From contig DATKML010000029.1 of NCBI GenBank assembly GCA_035541875.1, positions 5,722-69,721 on the forward strand: a stretch of 64,000 bases of DNA, read 5' to 3'. The notes under the pieces were generated by a model, which ran no database searches, was not told the DNA's origin, and saw only the letters and a list, made by a program, of their open reading frames with translations. Every line of letters begins with the position of its first letter. The stretch's first letter is position 1. The position numbers were made by a program, and so were the translations under genes. Positions 18,456 to 28,406 of this stretch are shown in pieces. Source of the DNA: Candidatus Binataceae bacterium (lineage in GTDB: Bacteria > Desulfobacterota > Binatia > Binatales > Binataceae).

Positions 18456-19595
18456 TCAGTTTTGTGCGGGTGAGCGCTCGGCTATCAGCCGATCGACCTC
18501 AGACTTGAGACGGGGCAGAACCTCATCATATTTGAAGTTCCCGAGCTTGCGCGATTTGAGCTTCAGATTCACCGTCGTGGGTCCGCACCATAGGCCGAGA
18601 TCGGCGTCGTCGGTCTCGCCCGGGCCGTTCACGCGGCATCCCATCACCGCGATCGTTATCCGGTAGGGCTCTGCGTAACGCGTCAGTTCCTTAACCTCTT
18701 GGGCCAGTTCGACGAACTTTTCATTCTCGACGCGTGAGCACGACGGACATGAGATAATGTTCAAACCTGTGCCGAAATTGGGTACTGAGATGAATCGTCC
18801 CGCTTCGACATCCTCGATAATTTTATGACCCACCACGACTTCTTCGTACTTGCGGTCGTTGGGCAGAGTCAGGGAAACGCGCAGCGTATCGCCAATCTGA
18901 CCCGCCAGCAGTTTCTCGAAAGCCAGACGAGTCTTGGTGATGCCGTCGGGCGGCAGGCCCGCTTCCGTCACGCCGAGATGGAGCGGGACGTCTGGGCGGC
19001 GCGTTGCAAAGCGCTTGTTGGCCTCAACTACTTTGGCGGGATCTGAGTCCTTGAGCGATACGACAAAGCGGTCGAACCCGAACTCTTCCATCAGTTCGCA
19101 ATGGTAAGCGGCAGACTCAACGATCGCGGTTAGCTGATCGTCGGGATACTTCTCCAGGAAGGCCGGCGCTACTGAGCCGCAATTAACCCCGACGCGGATA
19201 GCCAGGTTGTTATCGCGCGCGATATTCGCGAGCCATCGAACCTTCTCGGGGATCGATTTGGCTTTCTCGATATGATGGAGGTGGCCGGGGTTGTAGCGGA
19301 TCTTATCGACGTGAGGGGCGACCTTATCCGCGATCTTGTAATTCTCCTGCAGGTCGACGGAAAGATTGATCCCTGCAGTCTGCGAACGGATCTCCTTAAG
19401 GGCAGGCACCTCTTTTTCGTTGTCGAGCGCGATACGAACAATACCGGCCCCGGCTTTCGCTAGCTGATGGGCCTGCGCGATCGTCGCGTCGATATTCATC
19501 GTGCGGGTCGCGCACATCGACTGGACCACGATAGGCGCATCGCCGCCAACCATCACGCTTCCGATTTTGATCTTACGGGTCTTGCGGGGCTTCAT
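18456..19595 (-). CDS. ispG: 4-hydroxy-3-methylbut-2-en-1-yl diphosphate synthase (flavodoxin), IspG/GcpE
   Basis: [18 protein letters not shown]...NPGHL...CPSCSRV...GCRVNGPGE are GcpE signatures. The ATG at 19595 is chosen; the ORF-track start at 19847 is an upstream extension. Confidence 0.9.
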   Translation of the reverse strand: MKPRKTRKIKIGSVMVGGDAPIVVQSMCATRTMNIDATIAQAHQLAKAGAGIVRIALDNEKEVPALKEIRSQTAGINLSVDLQENYKIADKVAPHVDKIRYNPGHLHHIEKAKSIPEKVRWLANIARDNNLAIRVGVNCGSVAPAFLEKYPDDQLTAIVESAAYHCELMEEFGFDRFVVSLKDSDPAKVVEANKRFATRRPDVPLHLGVTEAGLPPDGITKTRLAFEKLLAGQIGDTLRVSLTLPNDRKYEEVVVGHKIIEDVEAGRFISVPNFGTGLNIISCPSCSRVENEKFVELAQEVKELTRYAEPYRITIAVMGCRVNGPGETDDADLGLWCGPTTVNLKLKSRKLGNFKYDEVLPRLKSEVDRLIAERSPAQN

Positions 19596-20312
19596 TTCGC
19601 TTCGCTCTCTAGCGCTCCAAAGAGTTCTGACTGCATGCGGGACACCCTGATGTGCAGAAACGCCACCGTAGCGTGGTGGGCTTGCGACAGGTAACGGGTG
19701 GTAGACGCATCCTATCCTATATAGGGGTGGGTGGTCGATCCGTCTGGAATCGGAAACGGCGGATGGGATCTTGATATCCGGCGAACCGGGTCGGAGCTTT
19801 GGTCCTTGAGGAGGTGTGATCTTATCGTGAAGCCCCGAAAACCACATTTCGTGGAGTGATTATCGCTTGGCCTCATTTACATCTATTAGTCTCAATTGAT
19901 GCTCTATGAAAGCTTTATGATGCATGTGCCAAAAGTGTGGCACCCAAATGTGATTGAAGATGTAACATCATCGAACTAGACCTGTTGCCAGCCACGTCCC
20001 AGTTCTTGCTTTAATTTCTCTCCGTCTCAAAAACCCTTGCTTTTCTTAGCCACTTTCGACCTTGAGGTTCGCCTTAATGTCGACGGCACGGATTTCGCTT
20101 TAGACCTAATCAGGAACAAATTAAAGTCAATCGGGATTTTGAGAAGTTCTAAGATTTGTAAAGATGTTATAAGATGATTGATAGGCTCCACTATCTTGTA
20201 TCATCGAATATTGGATGTTATATAGGTTAAATATCGCTAAAGCGATTTCAAATAGGTTGAGGCACGGTCGCTGAGGTCGTGTTAGACTTAAAAGGGAGGG
20301 AGCTAAAAAGGA

Positions 20313-20762
20313 ATGGAACCGGCAGTAAACACGTACGAGCCCGATCTTGGCTTTACCGACATCATTCTGCCCGCGCAATATTTCGGCGCGATGGGGTCGG
20401 TCAAACTCAGCAGCGAACAACGCCTGATGCTCGCTGTGTTGGTGGATGCCATCAATATTCTTCAGGGCTGGCAGCGTGCCGGTAGCGCCCGTAAGCGCCG
20501 CGCCTTTGCTGACGCGGCCCAATGGGTAAACACCCGCGGCACGGGTTATCCGTTCTCCTTCGACAGTATCTGCGATGCGCTCAACATTGATTCTGAAGTG
20601 CTGCGCCGTCGCTTGAGCGGACTCACGATGGGCTTTACCGGAGCCTCGGCACGTCTGGGCGTCGGTCGCCTGCGCCTTAAGGAATCGAGCCGGGCTCAGC
20701 ATATGACTGCCAACCGGGTGCGGCGCCGTCGCACACGTCTGGCCGTCGTGCCCAACACCTGA
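20313..20762 (+). CDS. Hypothetical protein (149 aa), no recognisable domain
   Basis: Strong RBS GGGAGGGAG 8-12 nt upstream; immediately follows a ~450-bp AT-rich tract. The opposite-strand ORF 20127..20834 is rejected. Confidence 0.5.
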   Translation: MEPAVNTYEPDLGFTDIILPAQYFGAMGSVKLSSEQRLMLAVLVDAINILQGWQRAGSARKRRAFADAAQWVNTRGTGYPFSFDSICDALNIDSEVLRRRLSGLTMGFTGASARLGVGRLRLKESSRAQHMTANRVRRRRTRLAVVPNT

Positions 20763-20954
20763 TTTCTCCGGGCGCGCCGCAGGGCCTCCTTTTCCCTCAC
20801 AAAGCAGACACCCTCGGGACCTCGGCGCGCCCACCCTCAGGAAGCGCGCCGGGTCCTGATGTAACGCGAGGCCGAACGATCCGGCTAGCCGTTGTTTGAC
20901 ACCCTTCTGATGACCCTTCTATGATCAGAACCCTCGGTTGGAGGGTTTAGTTTA

Positions 20955-21464
20955 GTGCGTATGCTTCTTCCCCCGGTCGCCCATCGCCGCGAGATGGACC
21001 GGAAGCTCGTTGAATTTTTCCATGGTCAACGTCCAGTAGCGTTTCGACGTGCTATTGCGGATTTTTGCCGCTTTTATCACATTAAAACGCCTAAAATCGA
21101 CTGGTACGAATATATTGATTGGGGCAAGGTCGCCGGCAAAACCTTCGAGGATGGTCGCATCCATTTGGTGCATCCGGAGAACTGGAAGCGGGGGCGAATT
21201 TATAACAGCGAACGAATGTGGGTGCAGATGGTCTACCACGAACTCGCCCACTATCTCTTTTGGACCGACGCTGAGACGAAGGCGGATGCCTTCATGCTGC
21301 GGATGGTCCGGGGGCTGAAGCGCACTACGAAACCGCGGGCGCGGACGGCCAATACGCGCGTAGCGACTGCCCGGTCATCGCGACGACAGGCAAGCCGTTC
21401 GAGGGGAGGAGCAAGGGCTGGTGCGAAGGGCCGACGTGTGGCTCGGCGGGCAGCGGCGCGGTAG
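20955..21464 (+). CDS. Hypothetical SprT/YgjP(DUF45)-like zinc metallopeptidase-motif protein with an Arg/Ala-rich basic C-terminal tail
   Basis: MWVQMVYHELAHYLFWTDAE contains HExxH in the hydrophobic context typical of WLM/YgjP-type metallopeptidases; the C-terminus RARTANTRVATARSSRRQASRSRGGARAGAKGRRVARRAAAR is highly basic. Confidence 0.45.
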   Translation: MRMLLPPVAHRREMDRKLVEFFHGQRPVAFRRAIADFCRFYHIKTPKIDWYEYIDWGKVAGKTFEDGRIHLVHPENWKRGRIYNSERMWVQMVYHELAHYLFWTDAETKADAFMLRMVRGLKRTTKPRARTANTRVATARSSRRQASRSRGGARAGAKGRRVARRAAAR

Positions 21465-21509
21465 GCGGCTACTGTCCATCCTGGGAATCGCCGCGTAGAA
21501 TTTCCTCCC

Positions 21510-22061
21510 ATGGCGCACAAGCCGAACGTCGAAAATCGCTGGTGGGTCGAGACCGACTTCAAGAAGCGCAAGCAGCAGACCAAGGATGAGGCCGAGCTGC
21601 CGCAGCTGCCGATTGCGATGAGCTTCTACACCGTCGCGAAGGACTACGATCAGGATCGCGCCAAAGACGATCTTACCGACAACAATCTGCGAATCGCGCA
21701 TGCCGCGAATCCGGCTCAGGGCGAATGGGCTTACGTGCCGATGACGGAGGAGCACTCGCCTGAGAAGGTCGTTAAACGCGTTAAGGAAGAGTTCCGACTC
21801 CCGCGCGAGGCGCGAGGAATCGTGCTCGATCACGGACGCCTGCTGCGCCTCCTTATTTGCGGTCCGCAGATCGAAGATTGGATGATCGATATCACGCTCG
21901 CCGATGAGCCTTCGGTCGACGTTTATGTATGGAGCACGATGCAGCGCGAGCGTCTCTTCCGTCGAGCTGAAGATGCGCTCAAGCAAGCGCGCCGCTGGGC
22001 GATCAATCTGCTGCAGTATCCCCCGCCACGCGACGAAACCTTCCGCGGCGCTCTACTGTAG
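21510..22061 (+). CDS. Hypothetical protein (183 aa)
   Basis: ORF only; no SD recognised; charged N-terminus. Confidence 0.4.
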   Translation: MAHKPNVENRWWVETDFKKRKQQTKDEAELPQLPIAMSFYTVAKDYDQDRAKDDLTDNNLRIAHAANPAQGEWAYVPMTEEHSPEKVVKRVKEEFRLPREARGIVLDHGRLLRLLICGPQIEDWMIDITLADEPSVDVYVWSTMQRERLFRRAEDALKQARRWAINLLQYPPPRDETFRGALL

Positions 22062-22265
22062 CTCATGATTTTTCGCCGTCCTTTTGGACGGGCGTGCATG
22101 GGCGAACGCTTACGGCCTGTAAGATAATCCCCGACTAGCTGCTGACTGTTATTCATCGGCTCGCAGGCTCGCCTCTGAACGGCGAAACAGCTTGAGAAAT
22201 GGAGTTTGACAGCGGCGGCCTGATGGTCGCACGATTGGCCCATCTTACGCGCTCAGGAGAATCCG

Positions 22266-22901
22266 ATGGCTGAAGGCAATGGCGTACTCGTCGTATGGAC
22301 CGATATCCCTGCTGAAATCGAAGAAGAATTCAACGCCTGGTACAACACCGAACATATCCCACAGCTGATCCGCGAGGTTCCGGGCTTTCTCGCCGGTCGC
22401 CGTTACGTCAGCGTGATGGGCAAGCCGAAGTACGTCACGATCTACGACCTAGTCGACGAGAAGGTCGATGTCAGCGAGGCCTTCCTGAAGGTACGCCAGA
22501 ATCGGACGCCGTGGACGCTGCGCATGGTGCCGAAGATGCAGAACCTCAAGATGGGGTTCTTTAAGAAGATCTTCGCGCACGGCAACCGACCCGATCACGA
22601 TGCGGAATTTATCCTGACGGTGCGGCTCAACACTCCTGCCGATCACGAGAAGGATTTCAACACCTGGTACAACGAGGATCACGTGCCCGCGCTCTCGAGT
22701 GTGAAGGGCGTTTATTGCGGACGGCGCTATCAGATCAACGAGGGCGACCCCAAATATCTCGCCGTCTACGAAATGAATGATCCGAACATTGTGAAAACAG
22801 CCGAATGGAAGGCTGCCTCCGATTATGGTCGGACGAAGGAGATCTTTCCGTACTTGAATGACCTGCACACGGTCGTCGCGCGGAGGATCTTTCCCGAATA
22901 A
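22266..22901 (+). CDS. Hypothetical protein built from two tandem ~100-aa repeats, each with an F[ND]xWYN[TE][ED]H[IV]P motif (DUF4286/EthD-like alpha+beta barrel?)
   Basis: AGGAGA RBS; repeat 1 VLVVWTDIPAEIEEEFNAWYNTEHIPQL...GRRYVSVMGKPKYVTIYDL, repeat 2 FILTVRLNTPADHEKDFNTWYNEDHVPAL...GRRYQINEGDPKYLAVYEM. Confidence 0.6.
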   Translation: MAEGNGVLVVWTDIPAEIEEEFNAWYNTEHIPQLIREVPGFLAGRRYVSVMGKPKYVTIYDLVDEKVDVSEAFLKVRQNRTPWTLRMVPKMQNLKMGFFKKIFAHGNRPDHDAEFILTVRLNTPADHEKDFNTWYNEDHVPALSSVKGVYCGRRYQINEGDPKYLAVYEMNDPNIVKTAEWKAASDYGRTKEIFPYLNDLHTVVARRIFPE

Positions 22902-23009
22902 CGTCGAACATCGTTCTTGGCAAGCAAGCTCATTCGTCAGGTTCCTCGAGGAGCCGGGCCGTCGCTACAATACTAACTCCCGACTTTTATTGTTCGAAGG
23001 GAGTCAGAT

Positions 23010-24497
23010 ATGGCAGCAAAGCCAAATATCCTTATTCTGTGGGGCGACGATATCGGCTGGTGGAACATCAGCTACAACAACCGCGCGCAGATGGGCTACC
23101 GGACTCCGAACATCGATCGGATCGGTAACGAGGGTGCGACGTTCACCGATTACTACGGACAGCAAAGCTGCACCGCCGGGCGCGCGGCCTTCATAACGGG
23201 TCAGAACCCGATACGATCTGGCCTGACCAAGGTGGGGATGCCCGGTGCCAACGTCGGCCTTCGTGCAGAAGATCCGACGATAGCGGAATTGCTGAAGCCG
23301 CTAGGCTATGTCACTGGGCAGTTCGGCAAAAACCATCTGGGCGACAAGGATGAGTTTTTGCCGACTGTGCACGGCTTCGATGAGTTTTTCGGCAACCTCT
23401 ACCACCTCAATGCGGAGGAAGAGCCGGAGGATCCCGATTACCCGAAAGATCCCGAGTTCAAAAAGCGCTTTGGTCCGCGCGGCGTGCTTCACAGCTTGGG
23501 GGACGGCAAGGGCGCTCAGACCATCGAGGACACCGGGCCGCTGACGAAAAAGCGGATGGAAACGATCGATGAGGAAGTTACTGAACGGGCTCTGAATTTC
23601 ATCGATCGTGCCCACAAGGACGGACAACCGTTTTTCGTCTGGTACAACACTACCGCCATGCACTTTCGTACGCATTGCGCGGAAAAGCATAAGGGTAAAA
23701 GCGGGCAGGGCGATTACAACGACGTGATGGTTGCACACGACGAGTACATCGGTCGGATGCTGGCTAAGCTCGACGAGCTCGGTATCGCCGAGAACACGAT
23801 CGTTCTCTATTCGACTGATAACGGCCCGCATTACAACAGCTGGCCGGATGCCGGTATCACGCCATTTCGCAGTGAGAAAAACACCAATTGGGAAGGTGGA
23901 TGGCGAGTGCCCATCTTTCTACGATGGCCGGGTAAAATCGAACCTCGCCAAGTCTATAACGATCTCGCTTCCCATCAGGATTGGCTCCCGACCTTGCTAG
24001 CTGCCGCAGGGGAAACCGATATCGCGCAGAAGTTGCTCAAAGGCCACACGATCGGGAATCGAACCTACAAGGTCCATATCGACGGCTACAATTTGCTTCC
24101 TTATTTGACCGGAGGTGAGAAGAAGAGTCCGCGCCAGTTCTTTTTCTATATCAGCGATGATGGCGATGTTTTGGGGCTGCGTATGGGAGACTGGAAATTA
24201 GTTCTCATGGAGCAGCGGGCCAAACAGCTGGCGTGCTGGTTTGAGCCATTTGTTAAATTGCGGGCTCCCAAGATGTTCAATCTGCGGCGCGATCCCTTTG
24301 AGCGTGCGGACGAGAACTCCAACACGTATTGGGACTGGGTCATCTCCCACGCTTACCTCCTTTATCAGATGCAGGGCTTCGTGGCGCATCAGATACAGGC
24401 GTTCAAGGATTTCCCGCCGCGGCAGAAGCCAGCGGCGTTCAACCTCGACGAAGTCTTGCGCCAGGTCACGGACCTATCAGGCAGCGGCTACCATTGA
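23010..24497 (+). CDS. Arylsulfatase-family (alkaline phosphatase superfamily) enzyme with a non-canonical CTAGR active-site motif
   Basis: ILILWGDDIGWWNIS...GYRTPNIDRIGNEGATFTDYYGQQSCTAGRAAFITGQNP...GQFGKNHLGD; the position of the CxPxR formylglycine motif reads C-T-A-G-R. Confidence 0.85.
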   Translation: MAAKPNILILWGDDIGWWNISYNNRAQMGYRTPNIDRIGNEGATFTDYYGQQSCTAGRAAFITGQNPIRSGLTKVGMPGANVGLRAEDPTIAELLKPLGYVTGQFGKNHLGDKDEFLPTVHGFDEFFGNLYHLNAEEEPEDPDYPKDPEFKKRFGPRGVLHSLGDGKGAQTIEDTGPLTKKRMETIDEEVTERALNFIDRAHKDGQPFFVWYNTTAMHFRTHCAEKHKGKSGQGDYNDVMVAHDEYIGRMLAKLDELGIAENTIVLYSTDNGPHYNSWPDAGITPFRSEKNTNWEGGWRVPIFLRWPGKIEPRQVYNDLASHQDWLPTLLAAAGETDIAQKLLKGHTIGNRTYKVHIDGYNLLPYLTGGEKKSPRQFFFYISDDGDVLGLRMGDWKLVLMEQRAKQLACWFEPFVKLRAPKMFNLRRDPFERADENSNTYWDWVISHAYLLYQMQGFVAHQIQAFKDFPPRQKPAAFNLDEVLRQVTDLSGSGYH

Positions 24498-24634
24498 TTC
24501 CAATACGCTGGCCTATGGCAAACGAATTTTAGACTGCAGCTCTGTGCTTCGTGAGAAAGCCGGTGGATCTTCCGCCGGCTTTCTCTTCAGATGGGTCGAT
24601 TAATTGTCGGGCCTATTGAATGCTTTGCCGAGGG

Positions 24635-25045
24635 TTAGCTGGGGAACTGTACTGTCGCCGTTCCGATAACGAGGCGTTCCGATTCTTCGCTTTCGATCCA
24701 CACATCCATCTCGACCGTTTTGTCGGCATCGCTCTTATGGGTGACGAAGCCGTGCAGTGAGATCGTATGGTCGGGCTGGACGGGTTGCCGATAGGTGACC
24801 CCGAGCCGGCTCATCTTCGCGCTGCTTGATCCGATCCAATCGGTAACCAGCTTACTCAGGATCGCGAGGCTCATGTTGCCGGGCGTGATCATCCCGGGCA
24901 GGCCTTCCTTGCGCGCGGCTTCATCGTCGGTGAAGCGAGGCGCCCACATGCCCATCGCCTTGGCGTAGGTGCGGACCTGATCCTTGCTGAGGTACATCTC
25001 TTCGGGGCCGAGAGAATCGCCGATATTTACGTCTGCGTAATTCAT
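24635..25045 (-). CDS. MaoC-like dehydratase (hotdog fold)
   Basis: 136 aa; C-terminal hotdog core ...HTISLHGFVTHKSDADKTVEMDVWIESEE. Confidence 0.7.
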   Translation of the reverse strand: MNYADVNIGDSLGPEEMYLSKDQVRTYAKAMGMWAPRFTDDEAARKEGLPGMITPGNMSLAILSKLVTDWIGSSSAKMSRLGVTYRQPVQPDHTISLHGFVTHKSDADKTVEMDVWIESEESERLVIGTATVQFPS

Positions 25046-25245
25046 TTGGTTCGTCCGATGGTTATTGGCGCTGAAGGTTAGCGGATTCTGGCAGAAATTT
25101 CAGCACTAAGGGCGCGGAACCGGTACCGGCATCACGAGTGCTACAGCTCGCGATGCTGTCCGAGATTCTTCGTTGCGCTCGCAGTTGCTCGCTACCCTCA
25201 GAATGACAAAAAGGCTGCCGCTTCGAAAAGAGTAAAACACGGCCA

Positions 25246-25692
25246 CTAAGGGCGGTTCATGAAGCGATGGTCGACGTGGGCGACCACTTCGCCCTTCTGA
25301 TTCGTGAGTGTCGAGCGGATCACGACAAAGACCATCGAGCCACTACGGCCGGTCTTTTCGTAGATCTCCTTAACGTGGGAACTCAGCGTGATCGAATCAC
25401 CGGGGCGGATCGGTGCGACGAACTCGACATCTTTGCCCGCATCGAAGCCCGCTTTGCCGAAGCGTGGTACATGCTCGAAAAAGTGACGCCCGTTGCGAAA
25501 GGTAACCGCGAACGAAGGCGGTGCTATCAGTCCCCCGTAGGGTCCGCTCTTGGCGGCCTCGGGATCGACGTGAAGCGGATTCGTATCGCCTATGCATTCG
25601 TTGAATTGGCGAATCATGTCGGCGTCGACAGGAACCGGATCGGTCGTTTCGAAGACGCGGCCGATAAGTGCAGGATCGTAGTTTACAGCCAT
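25246..25692 (-). CDS. MaoC-family dehydratase, N-terminal half type (FAS1-like hotdog)
   Basis: 148 aa; MAVNYDPALIGRVFETTDPVPVDADMIRQFNECIGDTNPLHVDPEAAK is the hotdog N-domain signature; pairs with 24635..25045. Confidence 0.7.
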   Translation of the reverse strand: MAVNYDPALIGRVFETTDPVPVDADMIRQFNECIGDTNPLHVDPEAAKSGPYGGLIAPPSFAVTFRNGRHFFEHVPRFGKAGFDAGKDVEFVAPIRPGDSITLSSHVKEIYEKTGRSGSMVFVVIRSTLTNQKGEVVAHVDHRFMNRP

Positions 25693-25696
25693 CGCG

Positions 25697-26380
25697 TTAC
25701 TTTACCTCAACGGCCACGGCATGCGGGACAGGTTTGCGCCGCGGGCGAAAATCAACCGGTTCGTAGGCGCCGGTCTTAAGTTCACGAACGAGATCATCCA
25801 TCGAGCGGATCGTTGCGTCGAAACGCGTCGCGCAAAGCCCGATGAGACTTACGAGATGGCTATCGGAGCCGCCAATCGCGCCGTAGCCATAATGCGCGAC
25901 CAGCTCCTCGCTGCGTTCATCCTCGCCCTTGCGCGATCCACCGTTAAGCACCTCAACCGCGAGCACGTTTTCGAGCGGCGGCTTGCTCTTGTAGTGCTCA
26001 CAGAGGCCGACGTTGGGGCGACCCGGATGGCATGGAATCGCGACGCCGCCCATCCGGGCGACTTCGTCGATCACTTCCTGCGCGGGCAGTCGCACGTTGG
26101 CGAAATCGAAGCGACGGGTCATCTCGTCGGTGACGCCGAAGACCAAGATATGGCCATAATCGGTTTCGACCTCGGAGGCTTTCAGCACGATGATGCCGAA
26201 TTTGTCTTCGAGCGCGCGATAGTCGCCGTCTTTGTTGAACTGCCGATGCTCGGTCAGGACGATACCGTCGACCGGCCGCTCGGCCTTACGCAATTTAAGC
26301 CAGTTGAGGTAGGCCTCAAGCGGGGCGCGGCTATCCTCAGAAGCTTCGCTATGGCTGTGCAGATCGAGAACAGTGCTCAC
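25697..26380 (-). CDS. PHP (polymerase/histidinol phosphatase) domain metal-dependent phosphoesterase
   Basis: VLDLHSHSEASEDS N-terminal His motif; ...GGSDSHL C-terminal motif. Confidence 0.75.
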   Translation of the reverse strand: MSTVLDLHSHSEASEDSRAPLEAYLNWLKLRKAERPVDGIVLTEHRQFNKDGDYRALEDKFGIIVLKASEVETDYGHILVFGVTDEMTRRFDFANVRLPAQEVIDEVARMGGVAIPCHPGRPNVGLCEHYKSKPPLENVLAVEVLNGGSRKGEDERSEELVAHYGYGAIGGSDSHLVSLIGLCATRFDATIRSMDDLVRELKTGAYEPVDFRPRRKPVPHAVAVEVK

Positions 26381-26668
26381 TAAGGGGGTACCCTCTCTAT
26401 CTAACGTTATCGGCGGACTCGCCGCGACTCCGCTAGGTCCTCGCCGGAGAAGCTAATGAATCGCGCCAGTAATTGCCGCAATTCCATCTCTCAACGGGCA
26501 AGCCTCATTGTAACCAAACGGGGCCGATAGTCGAGGAGAACCGACCGTCCGATTGCTCGAGCTGAATTTCTCCCCAAATTCCGACCTTTAACCTTGTTTG
26601 CTGAGCTTTTGGTTGCAACGGGATGGAATTTTGACTATCCGCTATGTTTCTAACCAGCAAGGCGCATT

Positions 26669-27550
26669 TTGATACCAAGAGACGCACAAACTGAGTCACC
26701 CGAATTGCCTGAACCGACCCCTTTCTGGAGTGTGCGGGAGTGTCGCCAACTAGTCGACTTGGACGGCGCGGTTCTCTATCGCGTGGTCCGGGAGGGCTCG
26801 CGCTCAGATGGTCCAATTGTAGTCTTCTTCAACAGCTTCGGAGCTGATCATGAGGCCAAATGGAGGGCCGAGGTCGCTGCCGGGCGTCATTTTGCCGAAA
26901 AAGGCTTCACGACCGTCTCGTACCATCCGAGAGGACACGGCGATTCGAGCGGGAACTTCGCGGAACTGACCTTCGAAGATATGGTTGCGGACGGGCTTGC
27001 GGTAGCTGATTTTGCGGCTACTCTGCCAGGTGCCAGCGGGATTATCGCGGTCGGAATCCGCTTTGGAGCCTTGATCGCAGCCGAAATAATCCGCCGCCGC
27101 GGCGACGTAGTTGGCCTTGCGCTCTGGGAGCCGATCCATCGGCCGCGGGATTATTTTCTCGAACTGATGCGCCATCAGGCGATTGCCGAGATGGCGCGGG
27201 GGCGGAAAACCGCATCATCGGAGAGCGAACTGATTGAGCGCTTGAGCGTGGAAGCGAGTATTGCGGTTCCCGGGCAGGAGCTTTATCGGTCGTTGACGAC
27301 GAGTGCGTTAGAGCTCGATCTGAGGGTGATGCTCGAGGCTTGGAGTGGCCCGACGTTGCTCGCCCAGTTTCGACGTCGCAAAGAACTCAGTCGCGACAAC
27401 ACATCGTTGGCCAAAGCGATGAAAGGTCGCGGTGCTAGTGTCACCTTGGAAGTTCTGCAGGAACCCGAGGGGAGCACGGGCAACGAAGCTTGGCTGTTCA
27501 CCGACTCGTTAGCTGCAAGCACGAAGATCTGGCTCGATGAACTGGCCTGA
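26669..27550 (+). CDS. Alpha/beta hydrolase-fold protein 1 of a coupled pair; nucleophile-elbow position reads G-I-R-F-G (Arg where Ser is expected)
   Basis: VVFFNSFGADHE...YHPRGHGDSSG...IIAVGIRFGALIAAE. The stop overlaps the start of the next gene by 14 nt. Confidence 0.7.
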   Translation: MIPRDAQTESPELPEPTPFWSVRECRQLVDLDGAVLYRVVREGSRSDGPIVVFFNSFGADHEAKWRAEVAAGRHFAEKGFTTVSYHPRGHGDSSGNFAELTFEDMVADGLAVADFAATLPGASGIIAVGIRFGALIAAEIIRRRGDVVGLALWEPIHRPRDYFLELMRHQAIAEMARGRKTASSESELIERLSVEASIAVPGQELYRSLTTSALELDLRVMLEAWSGPTLLAQFRRRKELSRDNTSLAKAMKGRGASVTLEVLQEPEGSTGNEAWLFTDSLAASTKIWLDELA

Positions 27551-28406
27551 GACCTCGTCGACTCTGGCTCGTGCTCGCGCCGAAGAGCCGTTTGAGTTCG
27601 CCGCCCGCGATGGAATCCTGCGCGGCATCTTCACGCCACCCGCGCCTGAGAGTCGCGACGAGGGTATCTGTATCGTTTTCCCCGGCCATCCGCGCTTCGG
27701 CGTCCAACGGTTTCCGGTTCTGGCCGCGAGGCAACTAGCCGCGGAAGGCTTCAGCGCTCTCCGCTTCGACCTACACGGGCACGGCGAAAGCTCCGGAGCG
27801 ACGGCAATCGCGACGCGTGAGGAGCCCTATGGCGACGATGTTCGATGCGCCGTCGATGCGATGTGGGCGCGCGGCCATCGCCAATTCTTGTTGGTCGGCT
27901 ACTGCTTCGATGCGTTGAGCGCCTTCTCGGCTTTCGGAGACCATCCGGAGTCGATTCGTGGATTGCTGATAGCGGCGCCTCCGGTACTGGAGCGGTCCTC
28001 TATTGGTAAAAGTGTGACCCAGTCGGATAACCCCGGAGGCCTCCTGCAGCGAGTGCGCACCGCGCTGGGGCGCCGATCCGAGGGAGATGCGCGAGAAGGT
28101 TACGCCTCCTTCGCAACCGAGGTATCGACACAGTTGCCGAAGATCGCCGAGCGCTTCGCGGCGGGTTTCGATGAATTGGTGCGATCGTCGGCACAGGCGC
28201 TCTTCCTCTACGGAAAAAACGACCCGCTCTATTTAGAGTTCCAGGTTGTCGAGCGCCAACTGCTCGAGCCGCTTGCTCCGAAAGACAAAGCCCGGATAAC
28301 CGTCGAGGTATCGCCGGAACTCACGCACGCATGGGAAGGTCGACGCCTGCTCGAACGCACGATCGCGTGGGCTCGCGGGTTTCGATCTTCGAAACAGCCT
28401 CGATGA
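27537..28406 (+). CDS. Alpha/beta hydrolase-fold protein 2 of the pair; nucleophile-elbow position reads G-Y-C-F-D (Cys)
   Basis: ICIVFPGHPRF...FDLHGHGESSG...FLLVGYCFDALSAF. The TGA stop overlaps the ATG of the ligase (ATGA at 28403-28406). Confidence 0.7.
   Translation: MNWPETSSTLARARAEEPFEFAARDGILRGIFTPPAPESRDEGICIVFPGHPRFGVQRFPVLAARQLAAEGFSALRFDLHGHGESSGATAIATREEPYGDDVRCAVDAMWARGHRQFLLVGYCFDALSAFSAFGDHPESIRGLLIAAPPVLERSSIGKSVTQSDNPGGLLQRVRTALGRRSEGDAREGYASFATEVSTQLPKIAERFAAGFDELVRSSAQALFLYGKNDPLYLEFQVVERQLLEPLAPKDKARITVEVSPELTHAWEGRRLLERTIAWARGFRSSKQPR

Noticed and set aside
19926-19955. Sigma-54 promoter call at TGGCAC (19938-19943)
   Set aside because: The required downstream -12 TTGC(A/T) element is absent (TGTG instead); kept only as a palindrome note.
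20127-20834. 235-aa minus-strand ORF overlapping 20313..20762
   Set aside because: It runs into the AT-rich tract with low-complexity sequence and no RBS, while the plus-strand ORF has a strong GGGAGGGAG Shine-Dalgarno.
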